DNA of 64,000 bases, taken from contig JBHGNT010000007.1 of NCBI GenBank assembly GCA_043228905.1, forward strand, positions 6,758,001 through 6,822,000, given 5' to 3'. Origin of the DNA: Azolla caroliniana. Lineage: Eukaryota > Plantae > Polypodiophyta. The notes beneath the pieces are model-generated. The model did no database searches. It saw only the letters and a list, made by a program, of their open reading frames with translations, and was not told where the DNA came from. The position numbers and the translations under genes are program-made. Within the stretch, counting starts at the first letter, position 1; every line of letters starts with the position of its first letter. Positions 41,111-53,300 of the stretch are shown piece after piece.

Positions 41111-42963
41111 TATTTACTTTGGAATATTTACTCTCCAATCGACAAAGGGATATTCAAGAATGAATCAAAATATGAAGTCAATGTTGCACAATTGGGGACT
41201 GACCTTTAGAATGCCCAAACTAGACTTGAAACATACAGTCCACAGTCGTGATGTGGGGAGCTCACTAGAGAAAATACGCCAAACTTATGATATATATAAG
41301 GTTGAAGGATAGGGCAAAAATATGGTAAGAAGGACATGACAAAGGATGAAGCTTAAGAGGGAGAAAAGACAAACATAACTCAATCGATAAGAGCTTATGT
41401 TAGGAATGAAAGGTCAAGATTTCGAGTCTTGTTCAAAATTGGGTAGGTTATGTGAACCCGAATGGGAATTGCGAATGGATGGCCAAAATGCTCACACTTA
41501 GGAAGATAAGTAAAGGTGTACGGTAAGAGAAGATAGATTACTTTTATTTGCATTAAGAGCTCTAGAGGCTAATAAAAAGGAGAAGAGAGCTCATAGTTTG
41601 AGCTCAGGGAGTCAGATTTTGGATCAAGGCAAAAGTGTTAGAATTTCAAACATGTTGAGGATTCCGAATAAAGAGGGCATACAAGACCAATAATTACAAG
41701 AGGCAACAAAATCGTTGTATGTTGGGGCAACAAAATCATTTTATGTTGGGACATTACGCCAAAACTCAAGGATTTTCCCTTGAAACTTTACCCACAAAAC
41801 TTTTACTCTCATATCTTATCTAAGCCACTCTATGTAATGGTGCGGACAGTCAACTTTTTGTATGCATAATGTACTACCTAATGGCATTCATTATCAAACA
41901 AGGATCACATCATACTTTTTGGTCCGAAATTTTGAGTATGGGGCACAAAGTTATGTGATTTTGGAGCTATATTGGTGAAAAATGAATCTCTAGGTCATCA
42001 CAGCAAAAGGCACGACTCACCAACATCAATATTTCGGTCTCATGGGTTGTGATGGAATTTTCGGGTCACGATTTCAATCAGTGAGCAAAAAGTTACGAAT
42101 ACACTAAAAAATTCACGAACGACGGGAGTTGAACTCGTCATGCCAACCAAAGCTGGCATTTCATCCACTGGACGACACTTGACAAGAAGAGTCAAAAATG
42201 TAATTCTACGATTTTTAATCCATCAAATGAGGGATGGATAAATTTGCTAACTTTTGTGAACTTATTTATATAGCCTTTGATTTGGTAATTTTGCTAATAG
42301 CTCTTCTTAAAAGTATGGGAATGAACTCCTCGAGCTACGCCAACTGTGAGATAAGTGCAATAACACATATCTGCTTATACATTTGCTTAATATGTTTTCT
42401 AACTAGTCATTTCCATATTTTTGTGCCACATACACAAAATTCTTTTATCTACCAAAACTTGGTGTTTTCATATCAAACTCAAGGTAAAGAAGAACTGGTT
42501 GTGGGAAAACCGATATTGACACGTCACATCTACCTTTCCCTCCATTACACTTTACCATCCTCTCTAGTTTAAATGCTCATTGGTCCCGCTCACGTAGAGA
42601 AGATGCACACGTTATTTTTGTGACACCCAAGACACCTATGGCAATAACATCTGGAACCAACACTAAACCTTGGGTCCTATATTTATCGTGCCATATTTAA
42701 GAAGTCCACCTATCAGTTGTGGTGGACATCAAAGCAATGTCCACACGAGTATCTTTCAAAACTTGGGAAGCCTTGATGAGTGTAATGACCAATTCATAAG
42801 GTTTGATGAGTTCATATTGGTTAGGAACTTTTCAATGCCTAATCTAGACAACATGGGGACTGATTTCAGTCATTGCTTGTGCATTACCTTCAAAAGTCTT
42901 TTACACATCTTACCTATTACAACAAGATTGTGGTACGTTTAATATTGATTTTCTTGTTACATC

Positions 42964-43006
42964 TGTAAACGTAAGTGTTTGCGGAAGCGTAAAACAGAGA
43001 ACAACA

Positions 43007-43058
<52 letters not shown>

Positions 43059-43390
43059 GAGCAGAACACTATTTCAAAATTATATCAAGACTCTGTATAT
43101 ACACTGTGCTAAGTAGCACTATTTATACAAGTCCTCTTGGGACTGACAGAAGTACCATGTACTTCAATGCTCACACGAGCATCTGACACTTACTACGAGA
43201 CTATAGCTACCTAGTAGTCTATCCTGTACTAGGCTTCCGATTGGACTGCCGGTTACGGATTGCACCCGGCCTCCATTGCTTGCCGGTTCGGTTGCTCACC
43301 GTCATACCGATCCGTTTCGCCCGATCCGTCTCGCTTACCGGCTCCGGCTTATGCAGCCGATCCGGCTCCGGTTGAGCTTGCCGCTCAACA
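42964..43390 (-). repeat. 3' LTR of copia E
   Basis: Direct repeat of 54182-54594, differing by a few substitutions and in (AG)n length. Confidence 0.95.
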
Positions 43391-44703
43391 CTCCCCCTCA
43401 AGCTCAACCTGAGGTGGGGTCGTAGTGTCGACCTCTGTGGCAGTCGGTTCTTCCAACCGACTTCTCCTGGCGTCACTCCGCCTTGCTCGCGCTCCTCGTC
43501 CGGTCCGGTCCCGTTTGCCGCGACCCCTTTGGTTCTGCGCGCCTCGACCCTCTCAGTCGGCATGTCTGCTCAATAGGCCCATCTCAGCACTCACGTTGCT
43601 GTGACTCCGGCGCTTGCCGATCCGTCGGTTCTCCCACGATGGCATCGACTTCCGTTGTGTCTGTGTCCCCTTGGCCTTCAATCGATCCGACTCATCCGGA
43701 TCCATCTGTTGATCCGAGTCAGCTGTCTCCGACTCGTTCCAGCTCTTGTCCGAATCGGTACACTCCGATTCAACTTTCGGTTTCAGGCCTCTCACCACAT
43801 CGGACCACTTCCGAGTCTTGGCCTTCTCCATGCTTCCCTCAGCTTCTTCAGCCGGTGAACCGAAATCGAATTCTTCATTCGACTCCGCATCATGGTCAGT
43901 ACCGACGTGATGACCTCCGCACAACATGCACTTCTCTTCCTGAGTGCACAACTCTTCTTCACAGCCGCTTGCTCCGACCTGTTCGGATGTGTCGACTTCC
44001 TTCGTCGACTCGGCTTCCTTCATCTTCTTGTCTCCTCTTCTTCCGGCTCTCCTCTTACCGACGGGTTCAACAGTTTTTTGGCCTTTGCATGTTTCGGTAG
44101 AGACTTTGCCCTTGCTTCTCCCCCTCAAGTGCGGCACGTCGAGATGCTGAATACCAAGCATGTCGGTAAAGTGCTGCAACTTGTCCGATCCGAGCGGCTT
44201 GGTGAAGATGTCGGCAACTTGCTGATCCGTATGAACATACCGTAGGTCAACTTCACCGCTCAGGACCCGCTCACGCACGAAGTGGTAGTGCACCTCGATG
44301 TGCTTTGTGCGAGCATGGAACACAGGGTTCCTGGCGAGCTGCAGGCTGCTCATGTTATCGCAGTAAATCAGGATCGGGATCGGGGTCGGTACCTCGAGAC
44401 TTGCTCCGCAAGTCTCGCAGCAGTCGCCGAAGCCAGATGGCTTCACAAGTGGCAACGGTAGCGGCCCGGTACTCAGCCTCAGTGTTTGACAAAGCCACTG
44501 TGGGCTGCTTCTTGCTGCTCCACGCAACAGCCGCGCTACCTATGGAGAACATGTATCCGGAAGTGGAGCGGCAATCAGACGCATCGCCGACCCAGTCAGC
44601 ATCTGTGTAACCGACAAGCTCTTCGGGTATACCTCGCCGGTATAGCAGTCCCCGGTCCTTAGTGCCGCTGACATACCGTAATTTTCATTGTGTGCACTGA
44701 AGG

Positions 44704-45126
44704 TGTCATGATATGGCAAGACTCGAACCCATGACCTTATGCTACATGGGTCGAGCTCTTGACCATCAGACTATACATTGTAATACGTAGAATATTATTT
44801 TCATTTATGTTTTATTTCAGAAAATTGATGTATATTCCAGATTTCTCTGGAACATTCTAGAAACTTCAAGAGTATTCCTTGGAACACTATAAAAGGAGGC
44901 ACGAGGCATTATTTCGAACCAAATCGGTTCAACGCCAGTCTTAAGCCTCCTAAGCTACTGTACATTCTCTTCACATAATATATATCTTTTCTTATCATCT
45001 CTCTCTCTCGATCTCTCTCTCTCTCCCTCACTCACTCTTTCCTTCTCTCGAGAGTTCTTCACCTCTCTTAGTACTAATACTTCTTTTAGTACTAAATCCT
45101 TCTCTGTCTTAGTACTGTTCCTGACA
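44704..45126 (+). repeat. 5' LTR of chromovirus F
   Basis: TGTCA...TGACA, TATAAAA at 44888-44894; identical to the 3' LTR except for one 4-bp CTCA indel. Confidence 0.97.
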
Positions 45127-45131
45127 GTTTT

Positions 45132-45141
45132 AACCGATTTG
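45132..45141 (+). promoter_or_regulatory. Self-priming primer-binding site (Tf1 type)
   Basis: AACCGATTTG just 3' of the LTR is the exact reverse complement of CAAATCGGTT at 44920-44929, about 32 nt after the TATA box; no TGG tRNA-type PBS present. Confidence 0.75.
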
Positions 45142-45206
45142 CGCCGATCTTCCTTTCCTCCTGTTCCTTTTATCTTCTTATTAATCCTCTTATCCTCCCT
45201 AGTAAA

Positions 45207-46349
45207 ATGGAAACTGTTAGCGCTCAGGAATACCAATCTGTCTTCTCGGAGCGCCAGTGCTTAAAAGAGAAATTTGTAGCACTAGAACAAGAAAATCATC
45301 GCTTGTTGGGGGATCTTCAACAAATAGCGTTGGAAAAACAACAACAACACGGGGAGCTGACACTACGTGTACAACAACTCAAAGCGACTATCATATCATT
45401 ACAACAACAAGGATCAAGCACTCAAGGGATTCACAAAGAACCCAAGATCGGTCTTCCTGCAAAATTTGATGGGACCCGATCACAGTTTAGAGGGTTTTTA
45501 AATCAGGTACGTTTAGTGATACAAATGCATCCTTCTCGATATCCCACCGATGCATCACGAGTGGGACTAGTAGGCACTCTCCTTAGTGGCTCAACGTTAG
45601 CATGGTTTGCTCCATTGTTGGAAAAGGATTCTCCATTATTAAACAGTTTTGAAGAATTTATAAGTGAGTTTAAGGCCTGTTTTGGAGATACTGACAGCAT
45701 AAGGACTGCAATCAACAAAATCCGGCGATTACGCCAAGGTGATCGTCCAGCTTCCGCATACGCTGCAGATTTCCGCCTACTCGCTGCCGATATCCCTTGG
45801 GATGATCACGCATTGATGGAGCAATTCCGTTATGGCTTACGCAACGATGTCAAGGATTTACTCTTGACCTTCCCCGAAGAGCCAAAGTCATTAACAGAAG
45901 CAATTAGTCGCGCGGTGAGATGCGACAACCGCCTCTTCGAACGACGTTCGGAACGACAATTCCAGATTCCGAGGGCAAGATCAGAGCCTACCTATGCCTC
46001 AGTGGTAGCGAAACCTTTTCCGAGGGAGTCATATACTGCGCCTCCAGCAAGTACTCCAACTCCAATGGAAATTGACACCACACGTCGTCGTGGACCGCTA
46101 TCGGAAGAAGAAAAGCAACGACGCCGAGCAAACCGATTATGTCTTTATTGCGGTGGACCAGGGCATATCGCGGTAAACTGTCCCCATAGGCCAAGAAGGC
46201 AGGTAAACCAAATAGTTGCTAGTTCTGATTGTACTAAACCCGAGTCTATTTCAGTAGGGATATCTGATAGCCCTAATAGTACTAATAGCCCAAATCTAGC
46301 GAACAAATTTGATGTCCTTAGTCAGTTAGAAGAAGAGTTAAACGACTAA
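45207..46349 (+). CDS. gag: Gag of chromovirus F (380 aa, intact)
   Basis: Predicted coiled-coil N-terminus, EPKIGLPAKFDG, LRQG..ASAYAADFR, PMEID, zinc knuckle CLYCGGPGHIAVNC. Confidence 0.93.
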   Translation: METVSAQEYQSVFSERQCLKEKFVALEQENHRLLGDLQQIALEKQQQHGELTLRVQQLKATIISLQQQGSSTQGIHKEPKIGLPAKFDGTRSQFRGFLNQVRLVIQMHPSRYPTDASRVGLVGTLLSGSTLAWFAPLLEKDSPLLNSFEEFISEFKACFGDTDSIRTAINKIRRLRQGDRPASAYAADFRLLAADIPWDDHALMEQFRYGLRNDVKDLLLTFPEEPKSLTEAISRAVRCDNRLFERRSERQFQIPRARSEPTYASVVAKPFPRESYTAPPASTPTPMEIDTTRRRGPLSEEEKQRRRANRLCLYCGGPGHIAVNCPHRPRRQVNQIVASSDCTKPESISVGISDSPNSTNSPNLANKFDVLSQLEEELND

Positions 46350-46389
46350 GTCCAGCCAAAATAGGAGCCGTTTGGTTGGACAGCCCTAG
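46337..46389 (+). promoter_or_regulatory. Candidate -1 programmed ribosomal frameshift signal at the gag-pol junction
   Basis: G_TTA_AAC at 46337-46343, 6-nt spacer, 11-bp stem GTCCAGCCAAA/TTTGGTTGGAC (46350-46360 with 46371-46381); pol is in the -1 frame. Confidence 0.75.
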
Positions 46390-49300
46390 ATCTGTGCAAC
46401 CCATTAGTGGTTCCATTCCCTCTAAGCAAGTTAGCGATGTGTTCGTAGCCCAAGTAACAGTTAGTACTAAAAGTACTCCTCCAGTACATGTCTTAGCACT
46501 TCTAGATTCCGGAGCTAATTCTTGCTTCATGGATAGGAAATTTGCCCAAGCTCATCAGATATCTCTCAGAAAACTCCCGTGTCCTGCCCTTGTAGTAGTT
46601 GTCGATGGTCGTCCCATTGCCTCAGGAAATATCATAGAAGAGTCAGAACCCGTTAATGTTGTCCTAGATAATCTAGCATGTGTCATATAATTTAATATAA
46701 TTAGCATCCCAGAACACCCCATTGTCTTACGATTACCATGGTTCGAATTACATAACCCAGACATAGATTGGCGGACAAGAGAAATCCGGCATCGAAAAGC
46801 CCGAGGTTCTACTCATGAGATTGCAACGATTTCACTACATCAGTTGCGTGAGGAAGGATGCAAGGAAGAAATGTTTCTCTTTGCAATATCAGTAAACCCC
46901 TCCAGCACCCCTAAAGAGGATTCCATCGTTCAACTTCCAGAGAAGTATCATCAGTATGCCCATGTGTTTGATAAAGTACAAGCCAGTACGCTTCCTCACC
47001 ATCGACCATATGATTGCCCCATCGATTTACAACCGGGGAAAGAGCCACCTTGGGGACCGATCTACAATTTATCACCAACCGAACTGGAAGTCCTTCGAGC
47101 CTATATAGAGGGGAATTTGGAGAATGGTTTCATACGACATTCGAAATCTCCAGCCGGCGCACCCATTTTCTTCGTCAAGAAAAAGGATGGCTCACTTCGG
47201 CTCGTTGTTGATTACCGTGGCTTGAATAAGGTTACAATCCGAAATAGGTATGCACTCCCCCTTATCTCAAGTCTTTTAGAACGGATCAATGGTGCCAGGT
47301 TCTTCACGAAGATCGACTTACGGGGGAGCCTATAACCTCGTACGGATCCGACCAGGAGATGAATGGAAGACCGCGTTCCGCACCAGATATGGGCACTTCG
47401 AGTATACGGTTATGCCGTTCGGCCTCACTAATGCGCCATCAGTCTTCCAGCACATGGCAAATGATATTTTCCGAGATCTCTTGGATGTGTGTCTAATCAT
47501 CTATTTGGATGATCTACTGGTTTACTCGAAGACCCAAGAAGAGCATGATTCTCATGTACTGTTAGTACTAAAACGACTTCGAGAACATGGTCTCTATGCA
47601 AAACTGGAAAAATGTAGTTTCGGGTGCAACCAAGTGGAATTTCTCGGCTATGTCATTTCCTCAGAAGGCATCTCCATGGACCCAGCTAAGGTCAAAACGG
47701 TGGTAGAATGGCAGACTCCACGTTCGGTGCGGGATGTGCAATGCTTTCTAAGCTTTGCCAATTTTTACCGGAAGTTTATAAAGGATTACTCAAAGCTCGT
47801 TTTGCCTCTTACACAACTTACTAGGAAGGGACAATCATTCGTTTGGTCTGAAGAAGCGGACATGGCTTTTGAGAATCTTAAACAGGCATTTACATCGGCT
47901 CCGATTCTAGCTCACGTTGATCCAGAAAAACCATTCATCATCGAAGCAGACGCATCGGATTTTGCATTGGGAAGCATTCTATCACAACGAGGTAATGATG
48001 AAAAGCTACATCCTGTGGCTTTTCACTCACGCAAGTTTGACGCCGCCGAAATCAACTACGAAATTCATGATAAAGAGTTATTGGCTATAGTGGACTCTTT
48101 TATGCAATGGAGGCATTTTCTAGAGGGATCTTCTCATCAAGTCACTGTATTCAGTGACCACAAAAACCTCGCCTATTTTCAAGACGCTCGTGTGTTAAAT
48201 CGACGTCAAGCTCGGTGGGCCCATTTTCTCACGCGTTTCGACTTCAAGATTACATATCGACCTGGGAAACATCAAGGGAAAGCAGATGCATTATCACGGC
48301 GTTCGTACCTAGCACCGCGTCCTAGCGAGCCAACTTTTGATAACCAAAAGCAAGTAATCTTGGGACCGGCACGACTGCAAGCAACACAGGTCTTTGGCAT
48401 GCCCATGGATTCCCACGTTATCGATATCATACGTGCGGACCTGAAGACAGATGCTTTCGCTCAAGCTATACTAGCACAAATTGATCCCTCTCGAGCGTCG
48501 TGTTCACAGTCGCAACCACCAGGTACGGACTATCGGCAATTCAAATACCATGATGGATTACTCTTCTTTAAAGAACTTTTGTATGTTCCTAATGGTTCTT
48601 CCCGCCTTCAAGTAGTACAAAACTGTCATGACACATATACAGCTGGGCATTTCGGTAGTACTAAAACATTAGATTTAGTACAACGATCATTCTGGTGGCC
48701 CCGTATGCGACAATTTGTCGAAAACTTTGTTCGGACTTGTGACACATGCTGCAGAGCGAAAATGCCAAGGCATCATCCATATGGTTTATTAGAACCATTA
48801 CCAATTCCAAGCAAGCCGTGACAATCCATTGCTCTAGACTTCATCACAGATCTTCCAGTCTCTAAGGGATTCAATGCGATTCTAACAGTGGTAGATCGAT
48901 ATACGAAGATGGCTCATTTTTTGCCATGTACTAAGGAAATCTCCAGTGAAGACACCGCCGAAATTGTCATGCGTGAAGTATGTCGGCATCATGGACTTCC
49001 CGATAGTATCGTCAGCGACCGTGGACCCCAATTCGTGTCAAAATTCTGGAAGCACCTTTTTAAAATGCTCAAGGTCACTTGTAACCTCTCCTCCGGCTAC
49101 CACCCACAAACCGACGGCCAAGCCGAACGAACAAATCAAACGTTGGAGCAGTACCTGCGGTGCTTCCTCAGCTATCATCAGGATGACTGGGCAGATATTC
49201 TCCACTTCGCCGAATTCGCCTATAATAACTCTATCCACGCATCGACTAAAGTTACGCCATTTTATGCTTATACCGGATGTCACCCCCGGTGGTGTGTACT

Positions 49301-49934
49301 TGAAATCCCAGAGGTGTCCACAAATCCTTGCGCGGAGGATCGTTTGGAGCGGTTACGTAAGATACAAGCGGATTTAGCTACTCATCTCCAACAAGCTGAG
49401 CAAACACACAAGGTTTATGCAGATCGTCATCGACTCCCATCGAGTTTTAACATTGGAGATCGGGTATGGCTACTCCGACGACACATCAAGACTACTCGCC
49501 CATGCGAGAAGTTGGATTATCGGCGCTTAGGTCCTTTCCGTATCACAGGAAAGATTAATGATGTCGCTTTTCGTCTCGATCTACCTCCACAACTTCGGAT
49601 ACATCCGGTGTTTCATAGTTCTCTCCTTGAACCCTATCAAGAGAGCACCATCCCAGGACGTATTACACAGCCTCCACCCCCGATCGAGCTTGAAGATGGA
49701 CCTGAGTACGAAGTTGCCGCCATCCTTGATTCCAAGATTGTTCGCAACAAGCTATACTATCTAGTCGATTGGCTAGGATATAGTCCTAGTGAGCGTACTT
49801 GGGAGCCGATAGAGAATGTCACCAATGCTCGTGCACTTCTTGAAGACTTCCATCATCAAGATCCAGACAAACCGGGTCCTCAATCCAAAACGACTCGTTA
49901 CACTCGTCGTTTTAAAGGGGGGATAGTGTCATGA
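46337..49934 (+). pseudogene. pol: Pol of chromovirus F (PR, RT, RNase H, IN, chromodomain) with two stops and one frameshift
   Basis: LLDSGAN, YLDDLLVYS, EADASDFALG, H2C2 finger, VSDRGPQF, GPFRI, chromodomain EYEVAAILDS...YLVDWLGY...TWEP; TAA at 46688-46690, extra G near 47322, TGA at 48819-48821; terminal stop lies inside the 3' LTR. Confidence 0.92.
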
Positions 49935-50345
49935 TATGGCAAGACTCGAACCCATGACCTTATGCTACATGGGTCGAGCTCTTGACCATCAGACTATACA
50001 TTGTAATACGTAGAATATTATTTTCATTTATGTTTTATTTCAGAAAATTGATGTATATTCCAGATTTCTCTGGAACATTCTAGAAACTTCAAGAGTATTC
50101 CTTGGAACACTATAAAAGGAGGCACGAGGCATTATTTCGAACCAAATCGGTTCAACGCCAGTCTTAAGCCTCCTAAGCTACTGTACATTCTCTTCACATA
50201 ATATATATCTTTTCTTATCATCTCTCTCTCTCGATCTCTCTCTCTCTCCCTCACTCTTTCCTTCTCTCGAGAGTTCTTCACCTCTCTTAGTACTAATACT
50301 TCTTTTAGTACTAAATCCTTCTCTGTCTTAGTACTGTTCCTGACA
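49927..50345 (+). repeat. 3' LTR of chromovirus F
   Basis: Direct repeat of 44704-45126. Confidence 0.97.
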
Positions 50346-53300
50346 GAAGGTGCTCCACGGTCGGCTTCTGCATGAACTGACTTACCATGCCGACCGGATA
50401 GCTGATGTCGGGTCGGGTGATGGTTAAGTATATCAGGCTTCCCACAACCTTTCGGAACCGTTTCTCATTGCAGGTTGGTCCGGAGTTGGGACAGAGCTTC
50501 TGGTTCCGGTCCAGGGGTGTGGAGACAGGTCGGCAATCCGTCATGCCGAACTTATACAGCATATTCAACACGTAATGTCGTTGTGAGAGCAATATGGCGT
50601 CGGGGGTCCGGATCACTTCGATCCCAAGAAAATAATGAAGGTCCCCCAGGTCCTTCATTTCGAATGCGTCTGACAACTGGGACTTGATGCGGTTGATTTC
50701 GGGAAGACCTGGTCCGGTGATGACTAAATCATCCACATACAAGAGTATACATACCGGACCGTCAGAGCCTTGCCGGATGAACAACGAAGAGTCCGACTTA
50801 GAGACAACAAACCCCAGCTTACGCAACCGGTGTGTGATCTTCGCGTTCCAAGCTCGGGGGCCTTGCTTCAGGCCGTAAAGCGACTTCTTCAGTCGGCAGA
50901 CCGCCGATTTGTTCATCTCCGATTGAAATCCGGGGGGCTGAGTCATAAAGACTTCTTCTTCAAGTTCTCCTTGAAGGAAGGCGTTCTTCACATCCATCTG
51001 GTGAAGATGCCACCCCCTTGCTGCAACAACCGCCAGTACCACACGAACCGTCATCATCTTCGCCACAGGAGCGAAGGTCTCGTTGTAGTCGATTCCGTGA
51101 GTCTGCGCGTATCCCTTCGCCACTAACCGGGCTTTGTACCGGTTAACAGAACCGTCGGCGTTGTACTTGACCTTGTACACCCACTTGCATCCGATCGGTT
51201 TACAGTGACGGGGAGGATCAACTAGGTCCCAAGTTTTGTTGGCATCGAGTGCCCGCATTTCTTCGTCCATAGTGGCACGCCAATTTGTGTCCCTTGCCGC
51301 TTCTGCGTAGCTCTCCGGCTCACGCACCTCTGTCACTTTAGTCATGTACGCATAATGATGCGCCATGTATTCATTGTACCCGTACCGCACGACGGGATCC
51401 TTTTGACGGGTTGATCGGCGCAACGCACCGTCACCTGATTTGAGGCCCTTCTTGGCCAGTTCGGTCTTCGTTGCCGAAGATCCGCCTTTCTCCTTTCCGG
51501 AGTCGGATACGCACCGATCCGACTCATCGTTGCCGGTTTCGAATTCCGGCATCTTCCTCTTCCCCTTCTCTTTGCGCGTGAACCGTTTCCTCGGTGCCTT
51601 GCGCGGGGAGAGCACGGCAAAGTCTCCACCACTTGCCGTCTCTTCATCCGACTGGTCCAACCGACTCAGTCGCTCGTTCGGTCCACTCAACAGTAACGAT
51701 TCCGGACTCTCATCTTGAGTCCCGGCTTCATCATCCTCTGCCAGGGCTGATTCAGGCTCACTGGCCTGATCTTCCGGCATTGGGTCGGGATCGGAAGTCG
51801 GAGTCGGTACGGAGTACCAAGATGCCGATTCATCGAACTCGACATCCCGGCTAACTCGGACTTCCTTCGTCCGGGGGTTATAGCACTTATACCCCTTTTG
51901 CTCTTGAGCATAGCCGACTAGGATGCATTTTTCCGATTTTGCATCCAACTTTCTCCGCTTCTGATCCGGTACATGCACATACGCTATGCTGCCGAATATC
52001 CGAAGGTGTCTTAAGTTTGGCTTGCGCCCGAAATACAGCTCATGAGCCGACACCTTGTCACCAATGCGGTTTTGTATGTAGACGGCCGTCTGGACCGCCT
52101 CCGCCCAGTAGAACCGGGGCATGCTCTTCTCCTCCAGCATTGCCCTTGCCGCTTCGACGAGTGTCCGGTTCTTCCTTTCGGCCACACCGTTTTGCTCCGG
52201 TGTGTATCTGCAGCTGAACTCTCGCCGAATTCCCTTCTGCTGCAGATAACCAGTAAATTGGCCGGAAAAATATTCCTTTCCGCCATCCGACCGAAGGCAT
52301 TTGATCTTCCTCTCCGATTCCCGTTCCACCATCTTCTGGAGGCTCCGGAAACAGTCGAAGACTTCACTCTTCCACTCAATGAGGTAGATCCAAGTATGCC
52401 GAGTATAGTCGTCGATGAAGGAGACGAAGTATCGGCTCCCGCCAAGGCTTACACTTTGTGCCGGTCCCCACACATCCAAATGGATGAGATCGAGCTTGTT
52501 ACGGCTCCGGTTCCGTTCGGTGGGGAATGGAAGTCGATGTTGCTTCCCAAGTTGGCAGGCTTCACAAATTTCGGCTCTCCGGCCGCTGAACTTCGGCAAA
52601 CCAAAAACGACTTGTTTCGTTTGCAGGTCTTGAAGCCTCCGGTAGGTGACGTAGCCTATCCGCTTGTGCCACAGGTCGATGTTCGACTCGACCTTCTGTC
52701 ATTCCGCGAACAGAGCGGTGCCAAAGTCATTGGTGTTGAGGATAAACATCCTCCCGTCTCTGTGCCCTTGCGCAATGACTTCGCCCTCATCCTCAATGAA
52801 GCACCCGAGGGGCATAAACCGCACCTGCATCCCCTGGTCGACAATCTAACCGACGGACACCAGGTTCTTCGTGATTGTCGGAACTTGTAATACGTTCATC
52901 AGCTTCCCTTTCTGTCCGACGTGGCTTAGAGGGACCTCTCCGACGTGCACGATTGGGTGAGGAGTGTCGTCTCCGGTTTCGACTACTCTTGGTTGATCCG
53001 GTTTCTTCAGAAAGGAGAACCACTCTTTGTGGCTCGTCATGTGGTTGGACGCGCCAGAATCAACATACCACACTTCCTCCGTTTTGGAAGTGGTCTTCTT
53101 CATTGAGTTTGCCTTGTGATTCATCACCAAGGCTGGCCCCTTACCGGCCATTCCGGTTCCAGATCCTCTTGATCCGTTTGCGTAGTGCAAGTTTTTCCGG
53201 CCATCCTTACCGGTCTTGCCGGATCCGGATTTGTTCGAATCGGCACGCTTTCTCCAGCACTCGCTTTCCTTGTGGCCTTTTTTGCCACAGTACCAGCATT

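Larger units (their letters stand above)
44704..50345 (+). mobile_element. Ty3/gypsy chromovirus F (Tcn1/Tf1-like), very recent insertion
   Basis: LTRs 44704-45126 and 49927-50345, TSD GAAGG (44699-44703 and 50346-50350), PPT AAAGGGGGGATAG before 49927, gag-PR-RT-RH-IN-chromodomain order. Confidence 0.97.

Noticed and set aside
42234-42942. ORFs of 112 and 90 aa left of copia E
   Set aside because: No recognisable motif on either strand; probably decayed repeat sequence
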